From contig CAYTMV010000001.1 in the NCBI GenBank assembly GCA_964439015.1, forward strand, positions 34,174 to 98,173: DNA of 64,000 bases, in the 5' to 3' direction. Source of the DNA: an uncultured Gemmobacter sp. GTDB lineage: Bacteria; Pseudomonadota; Alphaproteobacteria; Rhodobacterales; Rhodobacteraceae. The position numbers and the translations under genes were made by a program. The notes beneath the pieces were generated by a model. That model was not told where the DNA came from. It ran no database searches and saw only the letters and a program-made list of their open reading frames with translations. Shown in pieces: positions 30,353-39,896 of this stretch (positions are counted from its first letter, which is position 1; every line of letters starts with the position of its first letter).

Positions 30353-30453
30353 GCTGCGTCTCCCTCGGCTGGTCGTCTTTGGGGCCTTGTTAAAGGATGC
30401 GCAAGCCGCTGTCACGCCCGCTTGCGAGATTTGCCGGGCGGTCATGGCAAAGA

Positions 30454-30482
30454 CGCCGCAGGGGGCGTTTGCCCCCGCGGCG
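30454..30482 (-). terminator. intrinsic terminator downstream of the usp gene
   Basis: On the minus strand, CGCCGCGGGGGC-AAAC-GCCCCCTGCGGCG is followed by TCTTTG. Confidence 0.55.
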
Positions 30483-30503
30483 CGTTTCGGAAATGGGTGG
30501 ACT

Positions 30504-31349
30504 TCAATGCGCCATCAGCACCGGAACTTCGGCATTTTCCAGCATGTTGCGGGTGGCGCCGCCCAGAATCGCCTCGCGGAAGCGCGAGTGGCCATAGGCA
30601 CCCATGACCAGCATGTCGCCATCCAGATCGCGCACGTGACGGTTCAGCACGTCGGAAATCCGCGGCATCGAGCGCGCCAGCACCGAAACCTCGGCCTTCA
30701 CGCCATGCCGCACCAACATCTGGCACAGCGCCCCGCCCGGGTCCGAGCGTTCCGGCCCGTGCGCCGGCGGGTCGATCACCGCGATGTTCACCAATGCGGC
30801 TTTCTTCAGGAAAGGCAGGGCACGGCGCACCGCCACCATCGCCTCGCGGCTCTGGTTCCAGCCGATCACGATCCGCGAGGGCAGGGCGGTACCCATCGGT
30901 TTGTTGGGTAGCACCAGCACCGGGGCCTGACCCTCGAACAGCGCCGCCTCGACAACGGCTTCGGCCTCGGCGCCGACGCCTTCGCCATAAGGTTGGGGCA
31001 GCACTACAAGGTCGGCAAAGCGGGCGCGCAGGGCGACCAGATCCACCAGTCCGCCCATCTGCGCCACCGCACCTTCGACGGCCCAGCGCAAAGTGGCGGG
31101 TTGCGCCTCAAGCGCCTTGCGGGTTGCAGCCTCGGCGGCCTTGGCGTCAGCCTCTGCCCTGTCCATGGCCACCTGAAGCATGACCGCGCCGCCACCCACA
31201 TAGGAATAACCGACCTGTGTGCGATCCAGACCCAACGCCAGCACATCGAGATGAGCGTCCAGCGCCAGCGCCATTCTGGCGGCGGCATCAACACTGGCCT
31301 GAGCCCGGTCGGCCTGAGTCACGATCGTGGAAATCGTCTTGTAGGACAT
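30504..31349 (-). CDS. universal stress protein (tandem UspA domains)
   Basis: 281 aa with two Usp repeats. The C-terminal ATP-binding-like motif is GAYGHSRFREAILGGATR. Confidence 0.8.
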   Translation of the reverse strand: MSYKTISTIVTQADRAQASVDAAARMALALDAHLDVLALGLDRTQVGYSYVGGGAVMLQVAMDRAEADAKAAEAATRKALEAQPATLRWAVEGAVAQMGGLVDLVALRARFADLVVLPQPYGEGVGAEAEAVVEAALFEGQAPVLVLPNKPMGTALPSRIVIGWNQSREAMVAVRRALPFLKKAALVNIAVIDPPAHGPERSDPGGALCQMLVRHGVKAEVSVLARSMPRISDVLNRHVRDLDGDMLVMGAYGHSRFREAILGGATRNMLENAEVPVLMAH

Positions 31350-31411
31350 CGTCCGAACCTCATGATGGGAAAAACGTGTATGCAGAATGCAAGATGCGGC
31401 AATCCGGCGCC

Positions 31412-31425
31412 TTGACCTTGATCAA
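31412..31425. promoter_or_regulatory. FNR/FnrL box TTGACCTTGATCAA
   Basis: Matches TTGAT-N4-ATCAA at 13 of the 14 positions, i.e. one mismatch. It lies in the divergent usp-ccoN intergenic region. Confidence 0.7.
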
Positions 31426-31443
31426 AGAGGATGAACCCTTCTG

Positions 31444-31457
31444 TTGACATGGATCAA
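31444..31457. promoter_or_regulatory. FNR/FnrL box TTGACATGGATCAA
   Basis: Second box, 32 bp centre-to-centre from the first and about 100 bp upstream of the ccoN ATG. Confidence 0.7.
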
Positions 31458-31554
31458 AGCGTGGCTCGCCGCCAGGCTGCATTGCATGTATGTCGAAAGT
31501 GCCCGGGCGGGAGGATTCCCCCTTTTGCACCGGGCCAGGACGAAGGGACGCAAA

Positions 31555-33153
31555 ATGTGGGATTACGTTAAACTGGTCGCGCTGGGGGTCGTGGCGGTCT
31601 TTGCCGCTTACGCCGCCAACAATGCGCATGACCTCGCCTATTTGGTGAACGCGATCGTCGTCATGCTTGCCGCCGCTGCCGCTTTCATCGCGGTTGCGCG
31701 CAACATGGGTTACGAAAAGGTCACCAATGTTAATGAATATAACGACGGTGTCGTGCGCGCCGGCGTGATCGCGACCACCTTCTGGGGGGTCGTGGGCTTT
31801 CTGGTTGGCGTGGTCATCGCGCTGCAGCTGGCCTTCCCGTCGCTGAACATTCCTGGCGTCGAGGGCATCCTGAACTTCGGTCGCCTGCGGCCGCTGCACA
31901 CCTCGGCGGTGATCTTCGCCTTTGGTGGCAACGCGCTGATCATGACCGCGTTCTACGTCGTGCAGCGCACCTCGGCCGTGCGGCTGTGGGGCGGTGGTCT
32001 GGCGTGGTTCGTGTTCTGGGGCTGGCAGGTGATGATCCTTCTTGCCGCGACCTCCTATGTTCTGGGCGGCACGCAGAGCAGGGAATATGCCGAGACCGTC
32101 TGGTATATCGACTGGTGGATCGTGGTGGTCTGGGTTGCCTTCCTGGCGGTGTTCTTCGGCACCATCCTGATGCGGAAAGAGCCCCATATCTACGTCGCCA
32201 ACTGGTTCTACCTTTCGTTCATCATCACCATTGCCATGCTGCATGTGGTGAACAACCTCGCGATCCCGGTCTCGATCTTCTCGTCCAAGTCGGTCTCGCT
32301 GTTCTCGGGCGTGCAGGATGCGATGACGCAGTGGTGGTATGGCCACAATGCGGTGGGCTTCTTCCTGACCGCGGGCTTCCTGGGGATGATGTATTACTTC
32401 GTGCCCAAGCAGGCCGAACGTCCGGTCTTCAGCTACAAGCTGTCGATCATCCACTTCTGGGCGCTGATCTTCCTCTATATCTGGGCCGGTCCGCACCACC
32501 TGCACTACACTGCACTGCCTGAATGGGCCGCGACGCTGGGCATGACCTTCTCGATCATGCTGTGGATGCCGTCCTGGGGTGGCATGATCAACGGCCTGAT
32601 GACGCTGTCGGGCGCCTGGGACAAGCTGCGCACCGACCCGATCATCCGCATGATGGTGGTGTCGATCGGCTTCTACGGCATGTCGACCTTCGAAGGCCCG
32701 ATGATGTCGATCAAGGCCGTGAACTCGCTGTCGCACTACACTGACTGGACCATCGGCCACGTCCACTCCGGCGCGTTGGGCTGGAACGGCATGATCACCT
32801 TCGGTGCGCTGTACTTCCTGACGCCGCGCCTGTGGAACCGCGAACGCCTCTACAGCCTGTCGCTGGTCAGCTGGCACTTCTGGCTCGCCACCATCGGCAT
32901 CGTGCTCTACGCCTCGTCGATGTGGGTGACCGGTATCATGGAAGGCCTGATGTGGCGTGAAGTTGACGCCAACGGCTTCTTGGTCAACGCGTTCGCCGAC
33001 ACCGTGGCCGCGAAATACCCGATGTATGTGGTGCGTGCGCTGGGCGGTCTGATGTTCCTGGCTGGTGCCTGCATCATGGCCTACAACCTGTGGATGACCG
33101 TCAAGGCTGCGCCTGCCAAGGTGCAATCGCCTGCGGCCGTTCCGGCTGAATGA
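31555..33153 (+). CDS. ccoN: cbb3-type cytochrome c oxidase subunit I
   Basis: 532 aa from MWDYVKL. It is a 12+ helix haem-copper oxidase with conserved His ligands and is followed by ccoOQP. Confidence 0.95.
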   Translation: MWDYVKLVALGVVAVFAAYAANNAHDLAYLVNAIVVMLAAAAAFIAVARNMGYEKVTNVNEYNDGVVRAGVIATTFWGVVGFLVGVVIALQLAFPSLNIPGVEGILNFGRLRPLHTSAVIFAFGGNALIMTAFYVVQRTSAVRLWGGGLAWFVFWGWQVMILLAATSYVLGGTQSREYAETVWYIDWWIVVVWVAFLAVFFGTILMRKEPHIYVANWFYLSFIITIAMLHVVNNLAIPVSIFSSKSVSLFSGVQDAMTQWWYGHNAVGFFLTAGFLGMMYYFVPKQAERPVFSYKLSIIHFWALIFLYIWAGPHHLHYTALPEWAATLGMTFSIMLWMPSWGGMINGLMTLSGAWDKLRTDPIIRMMVVSIGFYGMSTFEGPMMSIKAVNSLSHYTDWTIGHVHSGALGWNGMITFGALYFLTPRLWNRERLYSLSLVSWHFWLATIGIVLYASSMWVTGIMEGLMWREVDANGFLVNAFADTVAAKYPMYVVRALGGLMFLAGACIMAYNLWMTVKAAPAKVQSPAAVPAE

Positions 33154-33167
33154 GGGAGGGGTAAGAC

Positions 33168-33893
33168 ATGGCTTTCCTCGACAAGCACAAGAAACTTGAA
33201 ACCAACGCCACGCTGCTGTTGATCTTCGCCTTTCTGGTGGTGACCATCGGTGGTCTGGTTCAGATCGTGCCGCTGTTCTATCTTGAGAACACCATCGAAA
33301 AGGTAGAGGGCATGCGCCCCTACGCGCCGCTGGAACTGGCGGGCCGCGAAATCTACATCCGCGAAGGCTGCTACGTCTGCCACAGCCAGATGATCCGCCC
33401 GATGCGGGACGAGGTGGAGCGTTATGGCCACTACTCGCTGGCGGCCGAGTCGATGTATGACCATCCGTTCCAGTGGGGCTCCAAGCGCACCGGGCCGGAT
33501 CTGGCCCGTGTGGGTGGCCGCTATTCGGACGACTGGCATGTGGATCACCTGATGAGCCCGCAGTCGGTCGTGCCGGAATCGGTGATGCCGAAATACGAGT
33601 ATCTGATGGGCAACGTCATCGACGCCCGCTACATCAAGGATTCGATGTGGGCCAATCAGGTCGTGGGTGTGCCCTACACCGACGAGATGATGGAAAATGC
33701 CGAGGCCGACTTTGCGGCGCAGGCTGATCCGAATGCCGACACCGAGGGCCTGATGGCGCGCTATCCCAAGGCGCAGGTCCGCAACTTCGACGGCCAGCCC
33801 GAGCTGACCGAAATGGATGCGCTGATCGCCTATCTGCAGATGCTGGGCACGCTGGTCGACTTCTCGACCTTCCAGCCCGATCCGGGCCGGTGA
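33168..33893 (+). CDS. ccoO: cbb3-type cytochrome c oxidase subunit II (monohaem)
   Basis: 241 aa with a CYVCH haem-c motif and an N-terminal anchor. Confidence 0.95.
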   Translation: MAFLDKHKKLETNATLLLIFAFLVVTIGGLVQIVPLFYLENTIEKVEGMRPYAPLELAGREIYIREGCYVCHSQMIRPMRDEVERYGHYSLAAESMYDHPFQWGSKRTGPDLARVGGRYSDDWHVDHLMSPQSVVPESVMPKYEYLMGNVIDARYIKDSMWANQVVGVPYTDEMMENAEADFAAQADPNADTEGLMARYPKAQVRNFDGQPELTEMDALIAYLQMLGTLVDFSTFQPDPGR

Positions 33894-33903
33894 GGAGGCA
33901 AGG

Positions 33904-34113
33904 ATGGATACCTATTCCTTCCTTCGCCAATTCGCCGACAGCTGGATGCTTCTGGCCATGACGCTGGGGTTCGTGGGGATCGTTCTCTACGCGTTCCGGC
34001 CCGGCTCGAAGCCGCTGCACGACGATGCCGCCGCCGTGATCTTCCGCAACGAAAAGCGCCCTGTGGGCGAAGCGGCGGACGATCAGGCAAGCCGCAACTT
34101 CAAGGAGGCGTGA
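33904..34113 (+). CDS. ccoQ: cbb3-type cytochrome c oxidase subunit CcoQ
   Basis: 69-aa single-helix protein between ccoO and ccoP. Confidence 0.85.
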   Translation: MDTYSFLRQFADSWMLLAMTLGFVGIVLYAFRPGSKPLHDDAAAVIFRNEKRPVGEAADDQASRNFKEA

Positions 34114-34116
34114 AGC

Positions 34117-35028
34117 ATGTGCGCCAAACAAGTCAAGACCAAGCCGGGTGAGATCGAGACCACCGGCCATTCCTGGGACGGGATCGAGGAATACAACAAC
34201 CCGCTGCCGCGCTGGTGGTTGTGGACCTTTTACCTGACGATCATCTGGTCGATCGGCTACATGATCGTCTATCCGGCCTGGCCACTGGTGACCAAAGCCA
34301 CGGACGGGCTGTGGGGCAGGGAACCTGCCGGCGATACCCGCATGGCGGTTGCCGCCGAAATCAAGCGCTTTGACGACGCGAATGCCGAGATCAAGGCCAA
34401 GCTGGTCGCGGCCGACCTGAACGCGATCATCGGCAATGCCGAGCTGGAAGGCTATGCCAAGTCGGCGGGCGCTGCGGTGTTCCGCACCTGGTGCGCACAG
34501 TGCCACGGTTCGGGCGGCGCTGGCGTGCAGGCGGGCGGCTATCCCAACCTGCTGGACGATGACTGGATCTGGGGCGGCGATATCGAGTCGATCCATACGA
34601 CCATCGCCCATGGCATCCGTAACCCTGAAGACCCGGATGCCCGGTACTCGCAAATGCCGAGCTTTGGTGTCGACGGCCTGCTTGAGCCGGCCCAGATCGA
34701 CGACGTGACCGAGTATGTGCTGAAGATCTCGGGTCAGGAAGCTGACGCTGCCAAGGCCGCTGCCGGTGAGGTCGTGTTTGCCGAAAACTGCGTGGCTTGC
34801 CACGGCGAGGCCGGTCAGGGTGATCGCCTGCAGGGCGCGCCGAACCTGACGGATCCGATCTGGCTCTATGGCGGCGACCGTGAAACCGTGCGCGCGTCGA
34901 TCCATCAGGCCCGCTTCGGTGTGATGCCGTCGTGGTCCTGGGCGCCGCCCGGTGGCCAGTCCCGCCTGACGGAAGACGAGATCCGCTCGGTGGCGGTCTA
35001 CGTCCACAGCCTGGGTGGCGGCGAGTAA
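34117..35028 (+). CDS. ccoP: cbb3-type cytochrome c oxidase subunit III (dihaem)
   Basis: 303 aa with the [17 protein letters not shown] motif and two CxxCH motifs (CAQCH, CVACH). Confidence 0.95.
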   Translation: MCAKQVKTKPGEIETTGHSWDGIEEYNNPLPRWWLWTFYLTIIWSIGYMIVYPAWPLVTKATDGLWGREPAGDTRMAVAAEIKRFDDANAEIKAKLVAADLNAIIGNAELEGYAKSAGAAVFRTWCAQCHGSGGAGVQAGGYPNLLDDDWIWGGDIESIHTTIAHGIRNPEDPDARYSQMPSFGVDGLLEPAQIDDVTEYVLKISGQEADAAKAAAGEVVFAENCVACHGEAGQGDRLQGAPNLTDPIWLYGGDRETVRASIHQARFGVMPSWSWAPPGGQSRLTEDEIRSVAVYVHSLGGGE

Positions 35029-35055
35029 ACGCGCCTCTCACCTGAATCGCATCAG

Positions 35056-35090
35056 AAAGGCCCCCCATAATCGCGGGGGCCTTTCGCGTT
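35056..35090 (+). terminator. intrinsic terminator after ccoP
   Basis: AAAGGCCCCC-loop-GGGGGCCTTT followed by CGCGTTTG. Confidence 0.65.
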
Positions 35091-35157
35091 TGAGATTCCG
35101 CCATGGCGTCGTGACGAAGGCCAAAAGGCGATCAGAGGGGCATTCGCGCCCGCGCGA

Positions 35158-35171
35158 TTGATATGGATCAA
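35158..35171. promoter_or_regulatory. perfect FNR box TTGATATGGATCAA with class-II geometry
   Basis: The box centre is 41.5 bp upstream of the start predicted from the -10 hexamer TATGAT (35194..35199). Confidence 0.7.
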
Positions 35172-35205
35172 CGGCGGCGCTCCAAACGCGTCCTATGATG
35201 AAAAC

Positions 35206-35286
35206 TGACCTGAGGGGCTGCCCTTCGGTCCGGCACCGGCGCCCCATCCTGTTCGCGCGTTTCCTGGGGGGGCCGGTGCCTTTTTC
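35206..35286 (+). ncRNA. candidate FNR-dependent small RNA or terminated leader
   Basis: The predicted TSS is about 35206. A 9+4 bp GC stem (35232..35245 with 35067-equivalent arm 35267..35280) is followed by TTTTT (35281..35285). No credible ORF starts downstream of the TSS. Confidence 0.35.
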
Positions 35287-35371
35287 ATTCCGTCTTGCCG
35301 TGTCTGATGGGGGCGCCCAGCGCGGTGCGGCTAAAATGCCGCATGGAATTGTTGTATATCCAATTCTAATT

Positions 35372-35385
35372 TTGATGCATGTCAA
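35372..35385. promoter_or_regulatory. FNR box TTGATGCATGTCAA upstream of ccoG
   Basis: One mismatch to consensus. A -10-like TATCAA (35409..35414) places the box centre within 1 bp of -41.5. Confidence 0.65.
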
Positions 35386-35506
35386 AGTTGAGACCGCCAC
35401 CGATCCGCTATCAAGCATCATAGGCGGTCTCGACCCGCCAGATTTCAAGGGATGACTCGCGGCCCACCCCCGCGCTGCCAGCCAGAACGCCAGTCGGAGA
35501 ATCTCC

Positions 35507-36934
35507 TTGTCCAACCCCGAATCCCAGCCCGAAATCCTCTACAAAACACGCGAGCCGGTTTTCCCCAAGCGCGTCAAGGGCACCTTTCGTAGTCTGAAAT
35601 GGTGGCTGATGGCGCTGATGTTAGGCGCCTATTACCTTGTGCCGTTCATCCGCTGGGATCGTGGCCCGGCACTGCCGGACCAGGCGGTGCTGATCGACAT
35701 GGCCAACCGCCGGTTTTTCTTTTTCATGATCGAGATATGGCCGCATGAGTTTTATTTCGTGGCCGGGCTTCTGATCATGGCGGGGCTGGGGCTGTTTCTG
35801 TTCACCTCGGCGGCCGGGCGGGTCTGGTGCGGCTATGCCTGCCCGCAGACCGTCTGGACCGACCTGATGATTCTGGTCGAACGCTGGGTGGAGGGAGACC
35901 GCAATGCGCGGCTGCGGTTGCATCGTCAGGGCTGGGATTTCGAAAAGATCCGCAAGCGGGCGCTGAAATGGACGCTGTGGCTGCTGATCGCCGTGGCGAC
36001 GGGCGGCGCCTGGGTCTTCTACTTCACCGACGCGCCCACGCTGGCCCGCGATCTTGTGGCGGGCACGGCGCATCCGATTGCCTACACGACCATCGCAGTC
36101 CTGACCGCGACCACATTCCTGTTCGGCGGCTTTTTCCGCGAGCAGGTTTGCATTTATGCCTGCCCCTGGCCGCGTATCCAGGCGGCGATGATGGACGAGG
36201 ACACGCTGACCATCGGCTATCGTGAATGGCGGGGCGAGCCGCGCGGCAAGCTGGCCAAGGGGGCCGTGGCCGAAGGGCAGGGTGATTGCATCGATTGCAT
36301 GGCTTGCGTGAACGTCTGCCCGATGGGTATCGACATCCGCAATGGCCAGCAGCTGGCCTGCATCACCTGCGGTCTTTGCATCGACGCCTGCAATGAGATC
36401 ATGGACAAGATCGGCAAGCCGCGCGACCTGATCGGCTACATGGCCTTGACCGACGAGGTGCGCGAGCGCAAGGGCCTGCCGCCGAAATCGGTTTGGAAGC
36501 ACGTGTTCCGGCCGCGCACGATCCTTTACACTACACTGTGGGCGGCGGTCGGCATCGGCCTGACGGTCGCGCTGTTCCTGCGTTCGGATATCGACATTAA
36601 CCTCACTCCGGTGCGCAACCCGACCTTCGTGACGCTGTCGGACGGCACGATCCGCAACACCTATGAACTGCGGCTGCGCAACAAGCTGGGTTCTGAAGCA
36701 GAATATGTGATCTCGGTGGACGGTGCCGATCTTGCCGTGCGGCTGGAAGGCGAAGATGATGCCACCGTCGCCGTGCCGGCAAACGAGATGCTGTCGCAGC
36801 GCGTCTATCTCGAGGCCGCGCCGGGAACCCCGGCTGCCGAGGGTGACCGGACCGACGTGACGATCTGGGTGGCAAGCCCGGACGGCACCACGCGGGTGCA
36901 GGCGGGCACGGTCTTCAACGGCAAGGCGCATTGA
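35507..36934 (+). CDS. ccoG: cbb3 oxidase accessory protein CcoG (RdxB-type polyferredoxin)
   Basis: 475 aa with a TTG start and GGAGA RBS. It has TM helices plus two 4Fe-4S motifs (CIDCMACVNVCP, CITCGLCIDAC). Confidence 0.9.
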   Translation: MSNPESQPEILYKTREPVFPKRVKGTFRSLKWWLMALMLGAYYLVPFIRWDRGPALPDQAVLIDMANRRFFFFMIEIWPHEFYFVAGLLIMAGLGLFLFTSAAGRVWCGYACPQTVWTDLMILVERWVEGDRNARLRLHRQGWDFEKIRKRALKWTLWLLIAVATGGAWVFYFTDAPTLARDLVAGTAHPIAYTTIAVLTATTFLFGGFFREQVCIYACPWPRIQAAMMDEDTLTIGYREWRGEPRGKLAKGAVAEGQGDCIDCMACVNVCPMGIDIRNGQQLACITCGLCIDACNEIMDKIGKPRDLIGYMALTDEVRERKGLPPKSVWKHVFRPRTILYTTLWAAVGIGLTVALFLRSDIDINLTPVRNPTFVTLSDGTIRNTYELRLRNKLGSEAEYVISVDGADLAVRLEGEDDATVAVPANEMLSQRVYLEAAPGTPAAEGDRTDVTIWVASPDGTTRVQAGTVFNGKAH

Positions 36935-37013
36935 GCGCGGTGGCGAAAAAATGACGGGACGGCGCGGCCCCCCTGGGGGCCGCAAATCATGACGGACAGC
37001 AAAGGAAAGCCCT

Positions 37014-37472
37014 ATGGGAGAGATCACCGGCCGCAAGGTTTTTGCCATTACCGCAAGTGCCTTTGCGGTGATCATCGCGGTGAACGTCTTCATGGCGGTC
37101 AAGGCGGTCTCGACATTTCCGGGGCTTGAGGTCGGCAATTCCTACGTTGCCTCGCAAAGTTTTGACGCGGACCGCAACGCGCAGGCAATGCTCGACTGGA
37201 CGCTGACTCACGAGTTCGACGCTGCCGCCAAACAATTGCGACTCACCTTTCTCGATGCCAATGGCCAGCCCGCGCAGCTGTCAGACTTGCAGGTTCTGGT
37301 AGGCCGGCCCACTTCGGCAGCCGATGACATGCGGCCCGAGTTCATCCGCCAGGGGGGCGCCTATATCGCCGGGGTTGATCTGCAGCCCGGCAAGTGGATG
37401 CTGCATGTCGAGGCCCGCTCGCAAAGCGGTGTGCACTTCAAGCAGCGGCTCGATCTGTTGATCAAGGGGTGA
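37014..37472 (+). CDS. ccoH: FixH/CcoH family protein
   Basis: 152 aa with a single N-terminal helix, at the conserved position. Confidence 0.85.
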   Translation: MGEITGRKVFAITASAFAVIIAVNVFMAVKAVSTFPGLEVGNSYVASQSFDADRNAQAMLDWTLTHEFDAAAKQLRLTFLDANGQPAQLSDLQVLVGRPTSAADDMRPEFIRQGGAYIAGVDLQPGKWMLHVEARSQSGVHFKQRLDLLIKG

Positions 37473-37476
37473 TGCG

Positions 37477-39699
37477 ATGACACTGGCGCAGCCGATCCAG
37501 CCCACTGTGCAGGAGGATGACGGCCACATCGGCCCGTCGGCTTGCCCGGCCTGTGTCGTTGCCCCCTCGGCCGAGCGGTTGGCGCAAATGTCGGCGGTGG
37601 GGCAAGCGCGGCTGATGCTGTCGATCCCCACCGCGCATTGCGCCGCCTGCATGGTGACGGTCGAGGATGCGCTGCAGGCGTTGCCCGGTGTGCATTCGGC
37701 CCGCGTGAACCTGACGCTGAAGCGTGTTTCAGTCGATGCCGACCCCGACGTGACACCCGAGGCCGCGATCGCCGCGCTGAAGGGCGTTGGCTATGAGGCG
37801 CATGAGCTGGACCCCGGTCTGCTGTCCGCGACCGAGACCGACCGTCAGGGCCGCGACTTGCTGATGCGGCTGGGTGTGGCCTTCTTTGCGATGATGAACG
37901 TCATGCTGCTGTCGGTCGCCGTCTGGTCGGGGGCCGAGGACGCAACGCGCGACATGTTCCACTGGATTTCGGCGGCCATCGCGCTGCCGACCGTGGTGTT
38001 CGTGGGGCAACCCTTCTTCAAATCGGCCTGGGCCTCGCTGCGGGTGGGGCGGCTGGGCATGGATGTGCCGATCAGCCTGGCGTTGATCCTCGCCTCGGGC
38101 ATCTCGCTGTTCGAGACCTTCAAGGGCGGGCATCACGCCTATTTCGACGCGGCGGTGATGCTGGCCTTCTTTTTGCTGGGCGGGCGCTATCTGGACCATC
38201 GCACGCGCGCCGTGGCGCGCTCGGCCGCAGAAGAACTGGCCGCGCTGGAAGTGCCGCGCGCCCTGCGCGTGACGGAGGCCGGCGACGAAACCGTGGCGAT
38301 CTCGGATCTGGTGGTGGGCGATCTGGTCCGGGTGCGGCCGGGCGCGCGGATGCCGGTCGATGGAATCGTGGTCGAGGGCACCTCCGAGGTGGACCGCTCG
38401 CTTCTGACTGGCGAAAGCCTGCCGGTCTGGGCCGGGCCTGAGGCTGTGGTTTCGGCCGGCGAGGTCAACCTGACGGGCCCGTTGCTGGTGCGCGTCACCG
38501 CTGCGGGACGGGATTCAAGCCTGCACCGCATGGCGGATCTGGTCGCCGTGGCCGAGGCCGCCAAGACCCGCTACACCAGTCTGGCCGAGCAGGCATCGCG
38601 CCTCTATTCGCCCTTGGTGCATCTGCTGTCGTTTACCGCCTTCGGCTACTGGATGTGGCGCACCGGCGGCGATCTGCGCTATGCGGTGAACATCTCGGCG
38701 GCGGTGCTGATCATCACCTGCCCCTGCGCCCTGGGCCTTGCCGTGCCGGCGGTGGTTACATCGGCCAGCGGCAAGCTGTTCCGCAAGGGGCTGCTGATCA
38801 AGGAAGGCACCGCGCTGGAGCGGTTGGCCGAGGTGGACACGGTGGTCTTCGACAAGACCGGCACGCTGACCATGGGCACACCGCAGCCGACCAATCTTGG
38901 CGATCACCCGCGGCAGGCGGCCGAAGTGGCGCTGGCGCTGGCCGAGGCCTCGGGCCATCCGCTGGCGCGCGCCTTGGTCGAGGGCGCCCGCGCAGCCGGA
39001 CTGCATCCCGCCCGGGTGGACGATCTGCGCGAGGTGCCGGGTTACGGAATCGAGGGCGTCTGGCGTGGCCAGCGCGTGCGGCTGGGGCGCGCGTCGTGGT
39101 GTGGTGCGGATGAGCTGGACGTGACGGCGACCTATCTCTGCCTGTCCGAGGGCCGCCCGCGGCCCTTTACCTTTATCGACTCCCCCCGCCCCGGGGCCGA
39201 GGCGCTGGTCAAGGCGCTGAAGGATCAGGGCAAGCGGGTGATGCTGGTTTCGGGGGACAGCGCGGCTGCGGTGGCGGCGACCGCCGCGCGGCTGGGGATC
39301 GACGAATGGCAGGCGGGTGCCCTGCCGGCCGAGAAATCGGCGCTGGTGTCGCAACTGACCGCCGACGGGGCAAGGGTGCTGATGGTGGGCGACGGGCTGA
39401 ACGATACCGCGGCGCTGGCCGCGGCGCATGTCTCGATCTCGCCGGCTTCGGCGCTGGATGCGGCGCGCGTGGCCTCGGACATGGTGCTGCTGGGGCAGGA
39501 CATCGCGCCGATTGCCGATGCCGCCCGGATCGCCCGGCAGGCGCGCGCCCGGATCAAGGAAAACTTTGCTGCTTCGGCCTTGTATAACGTGATCGCCGTG
39601 CCGTTGGCTCTGGTGGGGCTGGCCACGCCCTTGGCGGCGGCGGCGGCAATGTCGATCAGTTCCATCACCGTGTCGCTGAACGCGCTGCGGCTGAAATGA
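37477..39699 (+). CDS. ccoI: copper-translocating P1B-type ATPase CcoI/FixI
   Basis: 740 aa with the CPC motif (ITCPCALG), DKTGTLT phosphorylation site and GDGLNDTAAL hinge. Confidence 0.9.
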   Translation: MTLAQPIQPTVQEDDGHIGPSACPACVVAPSAERLAQMSAVGQARLMLSIPTAHCAACMVTVEDALQALPGVHSARVNLTLKRVSVDADPDVTPEAAIAALKGVGYEAHELDPGLLSATETDRQGRDLLMRLGVAFFAMMNVMLLSVAVWSGAEDATRDMFHWISAAIALPTVVFVGQPFFKSAWASLRVGRLGMDVPISLALILASGISLFETFKGGHHAYFDAAVMLAFFLLGGRYLDHRTRAVARSAAEELAALEVPRALRVTEAGDETVAISDLVVGDLVRVRPGARMPVDGIVVEGTSEVDRSLLTGESLPVWAGPEAVVSAGEVNLTGPLLVRVTAAGRDSSLHRMADLVAVAEAAKTRYTSLAEQASRLYSPLVHLLSFTAFGYWMWRTGGDLRYAVNISAAVLIITCPCALGLAVPAVVTSASGKLFRKGLLIKEGTALERLAEVDTVVFDKTGTLTMGTPQPTNLGDHPRQAAEVALALAEASGHPLARALVEGARAAGLHPARVDDLREVPGYGIEGVWRGQRVRLGRASWCGADELDVTATYLCLSEGRPRPFTFIDSPRPGAEALVKALKDQGKRVMLVSGDSAAAVAATAARLGIDEWQAGALPAEKSALVSQLTADGARVLMVGDGLNDTAALAAAHVSISPASALDAARVASDMVLLGQDIAPIADAARIARQARARIKENFAASALYNVIAVPLALVGLATPLAAAAAMSISSITVSLNALRLK

Positions 39700-39706
39700 G
39701 GGTTAC

Positions 39707-39895
39707 ATGGGTATTCTGGCTTATCTGATCCCGATTTCGCTGTTCATGGGCGGTGTGGGTCTGGCGGCGTTTTTCTGGGCGATGCGGACCCGGCAATTCG
39801 ATGATCCGCAGGGCAATGCCAACCGCATCCTGACCACGAAATACGACGACCGGCCCGCGACGGGGCCGGTCGGCGTCAAGTCGGATCAGGACTGA
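39707..39895 (+). CDS. ccoS: cbb3 oxidase maturation protein CcoS/FixS
   Basis: 62 aa with a single helix and the FFWAMRTRQFDD motif. Confidence 0.85.
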   Translation: MGILAYLIPISLFMGGVGLAAFFWAMRTRQFDDPQGNANRILTTKYDDRPATGPVGVKSDQD

Positions 39896-39896
39896 C

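Noticed and set aside
35195-35455. 86-aa plus-strand ORF and the overlapping 158-aa minus-strand ORF (35038..35514) in the ccoP-ccoG spacer
   Set aside because: Neither has an RBS or a recognisable family. The plus-strand ATG lies inside the predicted -10 hexamer. The region is better explained by promoters, FNR boxes and a terminator hairpin.
36963-36982. GC hairpin GCGGCCCCC-CT-GGGGGCCGC between ccoG and ccoH. A similar one lies at 49575..49600 between the P450 and the first GS-like gene.
   Set aside because: There is no U-run on the transcribed strand and they lie inside obvious operons. They are probably REP-like or mRNA-stabilising stems rather than terminators.
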